A stretch of 34,667 nt of DNA from Methanobacteriota archaeon (GTDB lineage Archaea > Thermoplasmatota > Poseidoniia > Poseidoniales > Poseidoniaceae), in assembly GCA_002726845.1 (NCBI GenBank), contig PBSP01000065.1, positions 1 through 34,667 of the forward strand, given 5' to 3'. Of this stretch, positions 1 to 8,798 are shown one piece after another. Below the pieces are notes generated by a model. It saw only the letters and a list, made by a program, of their open reading frames with translations, ran no database searches and had not been told where the DNA came from. Position numbers and translations under genes: made by a program. How positions within the stretch are numbered: the first letter of the stretch is position 1; every line of letters starts with the position of its first letter.

Positions 1-334
1 ACTCTGATGCATCTCGCTTCCACAAGCGATTTGACCAAACCTCCTTTCCTTCTTCCCAGGCAACTTCAGCTTCTCTTGCACAATGTTCGTACGCCCAAGT
101 GCGTAAACCATCGATTGAATCTACATGCCCCGGTCGATGCATTAGTACTCGACAGAGAGCATCTTCAATCACTAGGCCCGTCACTTGAGCAATCGATGAA
201 GGAGATGCAAGTCCGACTTTCCGTGTCAGATACCATTGACGAGGACATCGTAGGTATGTTGTCAGACCCGAGGCCGAAAGACGCGAACGGCTCCTGCCAA
301 GAGGCCCTCCTTTTGGTGGAACTCCTACAGGCAT
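1..334 (-). CDS. PD-(D/E)XK nuclease family protein (AddB/RecB/Cas4-like), N-terminal part, runs off the left edge
   Basis: Not in the ORF track. Manual translation from ATG at 334 (GGAGGT just upstream) is open to the edge: MPVGVPPKGGPLGRSRSRLSASGLTTYLRCPRQWYLTRKVG. LSASxLxxYxxCPRxWYL is the typical N-terminal motif of PDDEXK_1-type nucleases. Confidence 0.8.
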   Translation of the reverse strand, partial: MPVGVPPKGGPLGRSRSRLSASGLTTYLRCPRQWYLTRKVGLASPSSIAQVTGLVIEDALCRVLMHRPGHVDSIDGLRTWAYEHCAREAEVAWEEGKEVWSNRLWKRDASE

Positions 335-378
335 GTTACCTCCATGTGGCGATGAACTATTAGAAACCGTGACAGACT

Positions 379-2151
379 TTACTTGCTCTCAAAGGAGTAA
401 AAGTCACCTTTTTGGCGTTGCTCACGGTCTTTTCGGCTTTCTGATTTGTTGATGCGAGGCCGTTTTGAATCATGGTCGCGTCGGAACGTGACATTAACAT
501 CATTCAGGAATCGATTCATTCCATCACGCAAAGAATAGGGCCCCATTGCCTTCCCATGCAATCCGCCTTCTCCTTCAAAAACAAGTAAAGAATCGCTTAC
601 AATGTCAATGAAATATACATCATGATCGATGACAAAGGCAGATTTATCGTTGGCTTCCATTGTTCTTCGGATTGCCTTTGCAGCCTCCATTCGAGCGTTT
701 GCATCAAGATGCGCAGAGGGTTCGTCGAGCAAGTACAAATCGGCATCTCGACCCAGACAAACCGCAATCGATACCGCTTGTCGCTCACCACCTGAGAGTT
801 TCTTAACACGCTTGGGAAGAAGAGGTTCTATGCCCAAGGCGCGAATAACATTAACATTGAATTCACCGCTTCTCCAACGCATTCCAAGTTCGCTGTCGAG
901 CCACATCTGTACGGTGCAATCCAAATCGATGTCGATGTGTTGTGGTTTGTAGGAAATCTTTGCCTGTTCAGTAACCCAACCTTCATCATAGGTCAGTTCT
1001 CCTGAGAGAATTTTGATGAGTGTCGATTTTCCTGTCCCGTTCGCACCAACAACACCAACAACTTCAGATCGATGAACTGCGCCTTCATCGGTTTTGAGTT
1101 CAAAGTTACCCAACGTTTTTTCGATACCTCCCCATTGAATTACGGGAGTACCAATTTCCCCTTTCCTATCGTAGTGTTTTTGGAATTTTATCGGTTTGTC
1201 TCGAATGCGAACGTTCTCTTCGGGCAAATAACCCTCGAGATAAGCATTGATAGCGGTTCTCGTTGAACGCGCAGGTGTAAAAACCCCGAATGCACCTTTC
1301 TTTCCATAAACGATGTGAACCAAATCGGCGAGTACATCGAGCACTGCTAAATCGTGTTCTATCACAATGACACGTTTTGTTTTAGCAAGTTCTTGGACGA
1401 TTCGTACAATACGCATCCGCTCATGTATGTCAAGATAGGACGAAGGTTCGTCAAAGAAATAGACATCTGCATCTCGTAGTAACGTCGCACATATCGCCAT
1501 ACGTTGGAGTTCACCGCCCGAGAGTTGGTCAATGGTCCGGGAAAGCAAACTTCCAATTCCTGTTGCTTCAACGAGCTCGTCGAACATGTCTCGCTCATCG
1601 ACCTTGCGGAGCAACTTTTCCACGGATCCTTGAATTCGTTTTGGCAATTTGTCGATGTTTTGGGGTTTGAGTGCAACTTTGATTTCACCCTCTTTGACCG
1701 ACACGAAGAAGTCGCGTAACTCTCCTCTTGGCAGTGTCTCGATGACATCGTCCCATGTTGTGTCCTTGGATTTCCAGTCTCCCAGATTCGGTACAGAGCG
1801 ACCTGATAAAGCATTGAAAGCGGTCGATTTACCCATTCCGTTTGGGCCCAGTACGCCGACAACAGATTCTTTGGTCGGTGTCGGTAAGCGGAACAACCGA
1901 AAACCGTTCAGGCTGTAGCGATGAATCATGTCTGTATCCAATTCAGAAGGTAAGTTGATGACTTTCACAGCATCACCAGGACAGAGTTTTGCTCGAGTAA
2001 AGCAAACCGGACAAGCCGTCTCCAAGATTTTCCATTTCCCATCCGTGTACTGAATGCACTCTCCACCACACGAGCCAGCGTATTTTTGCAGGTAATCGAA
2101 TGCTGGCATGTTGGGTTTGCATCGTTCGTCGTCCAAAACTACGATGCGCAT
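379..2151 (-). CDS. rli: ABCE1/RLI ribosome recycling ATPase
   Basis: N-terminal Cys-rich domain ending VINLP, two ABC NBDs (GPNGMGKST, LSGGELQR, FFDEPSSYLD; GANGTGKST, LSGGERQ, LLDEPSAHLD), C-terminal TFRRD..RPRINK. Start placed at ATG 2151 by RBS spacing (2157 is an alternative). Confidence 0.96.
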   Translation of the reverse strand: MRIVVLDDERCKPNMPAFDYLQKYAGSCGGECIQYTDGKWKILETACPVCFTRAKLCPGDAVKVINLPSELDTDMIHRYSLNGFRLFRLPTPTKESVVGVLGPNGMGKSTAFNALSGRSVPNLGDWKSKDTTWDDVIETLPRGELRDFFVSVKEGEIKVALKPQNIDKLPKRIQGSVEKLLRKVDERDMFDELVEATGIGSLLSRTIDQLSGGELQRMAICATLLRDADVYFFDEPSSYLDIHERMRIVRIVQELAKTKRVIVIEHDLAVLDVLADLVHIVYGKKGAFGVFTPARSTRTAINAYLEGYLPEENVRIRDKPIKFQKHYDRKGEIGTPVIQWGGIEKTLGNFELKTDEGAVHRSEVVGVVGANGTGKSTLIKILSGELTYDEGWVTEQAKISYKPQHIDIDLDCTVQMWLDSELGMRWRSGEFNVNVIRALGIEPLLPKRVKKLSGGERQAVSIAVCLGRDADLYLLDEPSAHLDANARMEAAKAIRRTMEANDKSAFVIDHDVYFIDIVSDSLLVFEGEGGLHGKAMGPYSLRDGMNRFLNDVNVTFRRDHDSKRPRINKSESRKDREQRQKGDFYSFESK

Positions 2152-2202
2152 GGTCATTCCTCGTGCTGCAAAAGGTTTCGATCAAACAAAACCGGATGTG
2201 TC

Positions 2203-2742
2203 TCAAACAAGACCTTTCAGGTGTTCGGTTCCACGTACGACTCGGGTCGTTGTTGGTGTGGGGAACTTCATACCTGCCTTACGAAGTGCGTCTTTGGCGG
2301 TCAAGTAGTCCTTTGCATTGCAGTGGATGGAAATGATTCGCTGTCCTCGTCGAACGCGAGCTGCAGTGCCGACGTTCTTTCCAAATGCACAACGCATACC
2401 TTGAGAAACACGGTCCGCACCGGCTCCAGTCGCCTGCTTGTTCTCTCGGAGAACGTGGTGTGGGTAGGTGTGTACGCGAAGTGCGTATCCTTGTGCACCG
2501 GCTTCTTTACGGATGGTGGAGTTCGAGATAACACGAGCCGCTTCAAGCGCAGTGTGTCGAATTTGACAATTGTTGTCGGCGAGAAGTTCGAGAACAACAG
2601 GGAAGCCTCCAGTCTCTGCAGCCCGACGGTTTCCTGAGTGATAGGCTAGAATACGGTTGTTGGGGACTCCGCCAATATACTTGCGTCGGGTGTAAGCAGG
2701 TCCCTTAAGACGGCGGTACATAGATGCGGGCTTACGTGCCAT
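2203..2742 (-). CDS. rpl10e: 50S ribosomal protein uL16 (L10e)
   Basis: MARKPASMYR...QIRHTALEAAR...YPHHVLRENKQATGAGADRVSQGMRCAFGK. GGAGG RBS upstream of ATG 2742. Confidence 0.97.
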   Translation of the reverse strand: MARKPASMYRRLKGPAYTRRKYIGGVPNNRILAYHSGNRRAAETGGFPVVLELLADNNCQIRHTALEAARVISNSTIRKEAGAQGYALRVHTYPHHVLRENKQATGAGADRVSQGMRCAFGKNVGTAARVRRGQRIISIHCNAKDYLTAKDALRKAGMKFPTPTTTRVVRGTEHLKGLV

Positions 2743-2846
2743 GTTGAGTCCTCCAAGCATCTCTCCGACTGATGCGCCCTTTATCATCCCTCCGATGCCC
2801 TGCCAACATGAAGATGTCCCTAATCGTGCTCAAATTGATGGGAAGG

Positions 2847-2855
2847 AACTTAATC
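2847..2855 (+). promoter_or_regulatory. Possible TATA-like box (ACTTAATC) for the divergent 2876 gene
   Basis: AT-rich CTTAAT about 25 nt upstream of ATG 2876, preceded by purine-rich GGAAGGA (BRE-like). A similar CTTAAT lies ~25-30 nt upstream of mutS. Confidence 0.3.
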
Positions 2856-2875
2856 ATTCAACGTTACCAAGGAAC

Positions 2876-4114
2876 ATGGCGAGTGGCTGGAGGAAGTTGC
2901 TCGAAGAAGAATCGGAGCATCAATGGTTAGCCATTGGCTTGTTCTTTGTCTTTATCATCATTGGTGGCTTTTTGATCGGTGGCACGAGTTCGTTAGAGGG
3001 CCTTGTTCTTGGGACAGATCCATCGGAAAATCTTGAGTTTGAAGAGGGAGTATTCCTGCTTGAGATTGGATATCACGAGGATGCTTCATGGAGTGAAGCA
3101 CACAGCGCAATCATGAGAACAGAGACTGGGTACAAAATGTATCAACAAATGGAAACCGACGATGTCGCCGATATTTTACCCCCGAACGATCCTCAAATTG
3201 AGAATGTGACATTTTTCCAACTGACAGAAGAAGGTGGTGTAGAGTATTCATCATCTTTGAACCAATTGTCGACCTACCGTAACGGGATGACGACCAACCG
3301 GGCTTTGGATGATCTAAACGACTCCGAGTTCGGTATAACGGCCATCACTGTTCATTCAATTCCAGTCGTCAATAACCGATTGATGATAACGGCTGAAGAC
3401 GGTGGTTCCGGCCTTCGAGGTTTTACCGGTACTGGATTGACCACGCCGAGTACCCCGATTGACCCCACAATCGTTTGGGATCATGTTGTTTACCTTGAAG
3501 AATCAAACTTCCTCGTCGTGGGAACATACACCGTCCAAGGGGAAGACGAAAGCCCAGCTACACCCTCAACAAGAATCGCATTCGCTCACGTTTCCTGGGA
3601 GGGGGCTACCAAAACACCTGAAATCAAGCGTCAATGGTTTGGCTCAGGAAGTGAAGTTCATTCCATTATCAGGACATCCGATGGGGGAGCAGTCGCTGCT
3701 TCAAATGAAGAGTTGTACATCGTATCCGCAGATGCTTCGGATAAAACCCACTCTTACCCTTCCAGAGTCATGGTTTACGATGATTGTCACGATAGGGTTT
3801 GGCTCTTTGGAGAACGAGGGGCCGAGACTGTATTGCGTGTTGATCTAGAAACTGAAAGCGCCTCTTCGAAAAACCTACCTTATCCACTGCCATTGCAACC
3901 GACAAGCGGGGCGGTCAACGGTGACGTTTTGATTGTTCATGGCTTTGATGCACAAGGCGAATCGGACCGAATATCGCTCGATTTAACGATTGAGGGTTCG
4001 CTCTCCTCTGGTCGAGGTTTCCTTAATTTCGGCTTTCTTGTCGTTGGTTTCATCATGCTTGTAACACAAGGGTACATGATGGTGGAGAAAGCAATACGCA
4101 CCTACAAAGCGTAA
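2876..4114 (+). CDS. Hypothetical membrane-anchored protein with acidic, beta-rich extracytoplasmic domain (possibly beta-propeller-like)
   Basis: Long ORF. Start moved to ATG 2876 (MASGWRK) to avoid overlap with rpl10e. N-terminal TM (WLAIGLFFVFIIIGGFLIG) and C-terminal TM (FLNFGFLVVGFIMLV). Confidence 0.8.
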   Translation: MASGWRKLLEEESEHQWLAIGLFFVFIIIGGFLIGGTSSLEGLVLGTDPSENLEFEEGVFLLEIGYHEDASWSEAHSAIMRTETGYKMYQQMETDDVADILPPNDPQIENVTFFQLTEEGGVEYSSSLNQLSTYRNGMTTNRALDDLNDSEFGITAITVHSIPVVNNRLMITAEDGGSGLRGFTGTGLTTPSTPIDPTIVWDHVVYLEESNFLVVGTYTVQGEDESPATPSTRIAFAHVSWEGATKTPEIKRQWFGSGSEVHSIIRTSDGGAVAASNEELYIVSADASDKTHSYPSRVMVYDDCHDRVWLFGERGAETVLRVDLETESASSKNLPYPLPLQPTSGAVNGDVLIVHGFDAQGESDRISLDLTIEGSLSSGRGFLNFGFLVVGFIMLVTQGYMMVEKAIRTYKA

Positions 4115-4189
4115 GACACCGACTTTTCCGAACCTTAATCACCTCTCGTCATTAGGCTTAATCCTGCATACTGCAGGGACGTGGTTTGG

Positions 4190-6826
4190 ATGGCAAAACG
4201 GAGCATGATGGACCAATTCCATGAGCTCAAAGAATCCAATCCAGGTACAATTCTGTTTTTCAGAATGGGTGATTTTTACGAGTTGTTTCATGAGGATGCT
4301 GAAATTGGTTCCAGCGTTCTTGGACTTGCCTTAACTTCTCGGGACAAAAACGCTGAGAAACCAATTCCTATGGCTGGTTTTCCGTGGCATCAGTTGGAGG
4401 AAAACCTTCGTGTGATGCTCCGTTCTGGTTACAAAGTAACGGTTGCCGAGCAAGAGGAAGAATTGCGGGAAGGGGCGAAATTGTTGGAGCGTGTTGTGAC
4501 GCGTATTTACACACCGGGTTCGTTGTACGAAGAGTCTTTGATCGGTTCGGATTCCTCTGCACTGCTGTGCAGTCTCATACAGACCAATGAAAGCGTGGCT
4601 GCAGCAATGATCGACGCCTCCACCGGACAAGCGTGGGCTGTGGCCTTTTCTGGCGATGAACGATGGGCTTCAATTCACGATGAGATTATGCGATGGAATC
4701 CAAGTGAGTTGGTTCTAACTCCTAAGGATTCCGAGAGCGACGAGGTTCTCCAACTTCTTGGAATGCTTGATTCCATTGTTGTGAGTCAACACCAGGTTCA
4801 ACCAAAACGTGCATCTAAACGCCTCAAGGAGATGTTGGAAGTAAACGATTTGGGCCATCTTGACCTTGGACAATCCCCAGAAGCATTGCAAGCGACTGCT
4901 CTCGCTGCGGATTATTTAGCATCGGTTCATCGGCATGACGATATTGCAATCCGAGATGTTGAAATTCAAGAAACCTCAGAGGGAATGGTCCTTGATCAAA
5001 CCACACTGCGTAATCTTGAGGTAACGCACACACTTGCAGGAGAATACGAAGGCTCTCTGCTTTGGGCGATGAACAAATGCAGGACTGCAATGGGCCGCAG
5101 ATGCCTCAAATCATGGTTACTCCGCCCGCTCTCAAACTCCGATGCGATACAAGCACGTCACGCTTCGGTCGGTGCTCTCATGCGCTCATCGAAGCGTCTC
5201 GATCAATTGCGTGATCGGCTGAAAGGGATGCTCGATTTGGAACGGCTTTCAACGCAATTGAAGTACAATCGATCAAATGCAAGAGATTTGCTTGCTACTG
5301 CCAATGCAATTGAACGCTTTCCTGCGATACAACGCTTGTGCCAGGAAACCGAAGACGGACTCCTCAACCACCTCGTAGAAGACCTTCACCTGCTTTCTGA
5401 TGTCGCAGAAGACATTCATCGAACTCTCCTCGATAACCCCTCACTAGGTCTGCGTGATGGTGGAATCATTCGTCAGGGAGTTGATGAAGAACTCGATCGA
5501 TATCGTAATGCTTCAAACGAAGGGCATAGTTGGTTTTCCAATCTAGAATCTTCGCTACGCAGTGAGCTTAAGATTCCAAGTCTTAAAGTGCGAATGAACA
5601 GGCAAATCGGTTGGTTTATCGAAGTAACAGCAACCCATGCTGATAAGGTTCCTGAAGAGTGGACACGTAAACAACAGATGACCAATGGCAACCGCTACGT
5701 TACCGACGAATTGCGTCAACAAGATGATCTTCTTCTTACATCAGAAAGCAAATCCAAAGGAATTGAGTACACGTTGTTTTGTTCCCTCCGAGAACGGGTT
5801 CGAAAGCATGCAAACCATCTCTCTCAAATCGCTTCAAAAGTAGCGGCAATCGATGTGTTGCAATGTTTTGCTTCAACTGCTAGACAACGTTCGTGGGTAA
5901 AGCCTGTGTTGACCACAGGGCGCTCGATGAAGTTGCAGCAAGCCCGTCACCCTGTGCTTGAGGCCCAACAAGGATTTGTTCCAAACGACGTTTCAATGGA
6001 TGAAAAACGTCATTTCTTGTTGATAACGGGGCCGAATATGGGTGGAAAATCGACGTATTTGCGAACCGTCGGTTTGGTCAGTATTCTCGCCCAATCGGGA
6101 TCCTTTGTCCCTGCAGAGAAGGCCCGAATCGGATTGATTGATCGCATTTTTACTCGAGTTGGAGCCAGTGATGATCTACGTCGAGGACGTTCAACGTTCA
6201 TGATGGAAATGATAGAAGTGGCTCACATCCTACGTCGAGCAACCTCAAATTCATTGCTTCTCCTTGATGAAATTGGTCGCGGAACCTCGACTTTCGACGG
6301 TTTATCCATCGCTTGGGCGGTGACAGAGGATGTTGGCAACCGAATCGGTGCACGCAGTCTTTTCGCTACGCACTATCATCAGTTGGTTGGTCTTGAGTCA
6401 GAGGTCAAGGGTTTTGCGAACGTACACGTCCAAGTCGCTCAGCAAGACGGTGTGCTTCGCTTCTTACACACGGTCGCTGATGGGCCTTGCGATGAATCCT
6501 ATGGTGTTCAAGTCGCTGCTTTGGCGGGCCTTCCTCGCAACGTTGTCGAACGAGCAACGGATCTTCTTGCCTTCCTTGAGCGACAAGCTCAGGGCGCAAA
6601 GGCTGGACGAGACGGTGCCCCAACCACCCGCGCAGCTGGGCAATCTTCCCTGTTGGGATATTTTGCAGCAGCAGCAATGCAAACTCATGATTCTGCACCA
6701 CCTGCCCTGTCGGAAATCCAAGAAGAAGTACTTTCCACACTCTCTGCGCTTAACCTTGACGAACTTTCACCACGTGATGCTTTCATGTTGATTGAGCGCT
6801 TGCACAACCGATTGGAGGAGGATTGA
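4190..6826 (+). CDS. mutS: DNA mismatch repair protein MutS (MutS1)
   Basis: GDFYELF mismatch-binding motif, PMAGFP, Walker A TGPNMGGKST, IFTRVGASDDL, STFM, LLLDEIGRGTST, FATHYH, SYGVQVA. GTG at 4181 is an alternative start. Confidence 0.97.
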   Translation: MAKRSMMDQFHELKESNPGTILFFRMGDFYELFHEDAEIGSSVLGLALTSRDKNAEKPIPMAGFPWHQLEENLRVMLRSGYKVTVAEQEEELREGAKLLERVVTRIYTPGSLYEESLIGSDSSALLCSLIQTNESVAAAMIDASTGQAWAVAFSGDERWASIHDEIMRWNPSELVLTPKDSESDEVLQLLGMLDSIVVSQHQVQPKRASKRLKEMLEVNDLGHLDLGQSPEALQATALAADYLASVHRHDDIAIRDVEIQETSEGMVLDQTTLRNLEVTHTLAGEYEGSLLWAMNKCRTAMGRRCLKSWLLRPLSNSDAIQARHASVGALMRSSKRLDQLRDRLKGMLDLERLSTQLKYNRSNARDLLATANAIERFPAIQRLCQETEDGLLNHLVEDLHLLSDVAEDIHRTLLDNPSLGLRDGGIIRQGVDEELDRYRNASNEGHSWFSNLESSLRSELKIPSLKVRMNRQIGWFIEVTATHADKVPEEWTRKQQMTNGNRYVTDELRQQDDLLLTSESKSKGIEYTLFCSLRERVRKHANHLSQIASKVAAIDVLQCFASTARQRSWVKPVLTTGRSMKLQQARHPVLEAQQGFVPNDVSMDEKRHFLLITGPNMGGKSTYLRTVGLVSILAQSGSFVPAEKARIGLIDRIFTRVGASDDLRRGRSTFMMEMIEVAHILRRATSNSLLLLDEIGRGTSTFDGLSIAWAVTEDVGNRIGARSLFATHYHQLVGLESEVKGFANVHVQVAQQDGVLRFLHTVADGPCDESYGVQVAALAGLPRNVVERATDLLAFLERQAQGAKAGRDGAPTTRAAGQSSLLGYFAAAAMQTHDSAPPALSEIQEEVLSTLSALNLDELSPRDAFMLIERLHNRLEED

Positions 6827-6827
6827 G

Positions 6828-8798
6828 TTGAGCGAGCCAAACAGAATTCAACAACTCGATGACCTCACCATAGGGCACATCGCAGCCGGAGAGGTTGTTG
6901 AACGGCCTGCTCAGGTGGTGAAGGAATTGCTTGAGAATTCGCTTGATGCAGGTTCGAGTTCCATCCATGTGTCCATTGAGCGTGGTGGATTCGATCTTAT
7001 CCGTATTGAAGATAATGGAAGTGGAATCCACGAAGATGATTTGCAATTGGCTTTGTCGCGACATGCAACTTCAAAATTGCGTCAACCGGAGGATTTGAAT
7101 GAAATTCATACGCTTGGGTTCCGAGGAGAAGCGCTCGCAAGCATTGGAGTTGTTTCTCATCTCACGATCGCATCCCGCCCGGAAGGGCATGAAGGTCGAA
7201 GCATCTCCATGGTTGGTGGAGTACGTCAATCAATCGAGGCTGTAGGAATGGCGTCAGGAACTGTGGTAACGGTAGAGCACTTGTTCCAAAACACACCAGT
7301 ACGTCTTGGTTTTCAACGTCGACCGGCTACCGAACATGCCCGAATTGTGGAGGTTGTTGTTTCTCATGCAATAGCACATCCCAAGGTTGCCTTTCGGTGT
7401 ACAATCGATGGGAGGGCGACGCTTAATCTACCTGCAAGTGATTCTATAGAAAACCGTTTGTACGATGTATTGGGTGGTCAATCGGCAAGTCTGCTCCCGC
7501 TTATTGTACCCGCACAAGATGAGGATGTACCAGGAGATGAATCATGGACAGGATACATTAGTGCACCAGATATATCTCGAGGAAAAGGCGATGAAATTCA
7601 TGTGTTTGTTAACGATCGTCCAGTTGCATCCACGCCCTTCCACCAAGCGATTCGAAGAGGATATCGGACCCGATTAATGCAGGGGCGACATCCTGTCGCA
7701 GTGCTTCATTTGCACGTTCCAGCCGATGAAGTCGATGTTAACATTCATCCAACAAAACGAGAGGTTCGTCTCCGTCACTCTTGGCGTGTTCTCGAACGAC
7801 TTGAAAGAGCAATTGCTCACACGCTTGCAACATCTCCAACGCAGCCCGATTCAAGTGGTGAACTGCACGAACTGCAAGGGCTGGCTTCTTCTGAAGAGAA
7901 ACAACCAATTCAAGAATTGTTGATGCCTCAAGAAAAAATCAGTGATGAGGGGGTAGCAAAACCCGCTCCAGCATGGGCGCTTGCAGCAGGCACACAACTC
8001 AATCTCGTTGGCAAAGTTGCTGAAACAATGCGACAAGAAATTGAAAAACCACGCCCACAATCCACGGCAGCATCTGCACAAAAAGTACTTCCGGGTATGG
8101 CCCCAGATCCAGTAGCACCCGCACTCTCGCACCAAGAACGAGAATTGCATCGCCATGCTGGTTGTGGAGTTCGTGTTTCGCCAACCGAAGAAACACCCCT
8201 ACCAACTGTCGAAAACGATGTACCCGAAATGGAACCCTTGTCTCAATTTGCTGACTCCTATATTTTGGCACAATCCGGTGAGGATTTGCTTCTCATCGAC
8301 CAACATGCATTGCATGAGAGGATTCGCTATGAGCGCCTGCGCAACGACGAAAGCCTGTGGGAACCGCAATCCCGGCTTGTCCCCTCTCGAATTGAACTCA
8401 CTTTGGCCCAAGAGGCTCGACTGGAATCCTTTTTGGAACGCTTTGAAGCACTTGGCTTCCTGTTTTCCAAACAGAGCGATGGACAATGGGACGTCACACA
8501 AGCTCCTCGATTGTTGGATGGTGATGAGGTTGAGCCGTTTGTTTTGGACCTGCTTCAAGACATGTCTGAAGATGGATCTCCGTTTGAGACCATTGAGCGA
8601 AGAAAAGATCACCTTGCTTTCATGAATGCATGTCGTGGAGCGGTTAAGGCGAACGATACGTTGACCATTGCGCAAATGCGTCGATTGCTCGAAGACATGA
8701 GAAACGTTCCAAATCCATGGGCGTGCGTTCACGGTCGACCTACTGCTCTTCGATTGTCACTGAACTCGCTTGACAAGCACTTCGGTAGGCATGGATGA
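6828..8798 (+). CDS. mutL: DNA mismatch repair endonuclease MutL
   Basis: IAAGEVVERPAQVVKELLENSLDAG, HATSK, GFRGEAL, DVNIHPTKREV, endonuclease motifs DQHALHER, ACR, CVHGRP. TTG start at 6828 after GGAGGAGG, coupled to the mutS stop. Confidence 0.97.
   Translation: MSEPNRIQQLDDLTIGHIAAGEVVERPAQVVKELLENSLDAGSSSIHVSIERGGFDLIRIEDNGSGIHEDDLQLALSRHATSKLRQPEDLNEIHTLGFRGEALASIGVVSHLTIASRPEGHEGRSISMVGGVRQSIEAVGMASGTVVTVEHLFQNTPVRLGFQRRPATEHARIVEVVVSHAIAHPKVAFRCTIDGRATLNLPASDSIENRLYDVLGGQSASLLPLIVPAQDEDVPGDESWTGYISAPDISRGKGDEIHVFVNDRPVASTPFHQAIRRGYRTRLMQGRHPVAVLHLHVPADEVDVNIHPTKREVRLRHSWRVLERLERAIAHTLATSPTQPDSSGELHELQGLASSEEKQPIQELLMPQEKISDEGVAKPAPAWALAAGTQLNLVGKVAETMRQEIEKPRPQSTAASAQKVLPGMAPDPVAPALSHQERELHRHAGCGVRVSPTEETPLPTVENDVPEMEPLSQFADSYILAQSGEDLLLIDQHALHERIRYERLRNDESLWEPQSRLVPSRIELTLAQEARLESFLERFEALGFLFSKQSDGQWDVTQAPRLLDGDEVEPFVLDLLQDMSEDGSPFETIERRKDHLAFMNACRGAVKANDTLTIAQMRRLLEDMRNVPNPWACVHGRPTALRLSLNSLDKHFGRHG

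Noticed and set aside
7..363. 118 aa plus-strand ORF from the track
   Set aside because: Antisense shadow of the minus-strand nuclease gene (1-334), which has an RBS and a recognisable motif.
2741..2875. N-terminal extensions given by the ORF track (also for rpl10e, mutL, hel308, tldD and the tube-like gene)
   Set aside because: They overlap neighbouring genes or promoter spacers. Downstream starts have RBSs and/or match family N-termini.
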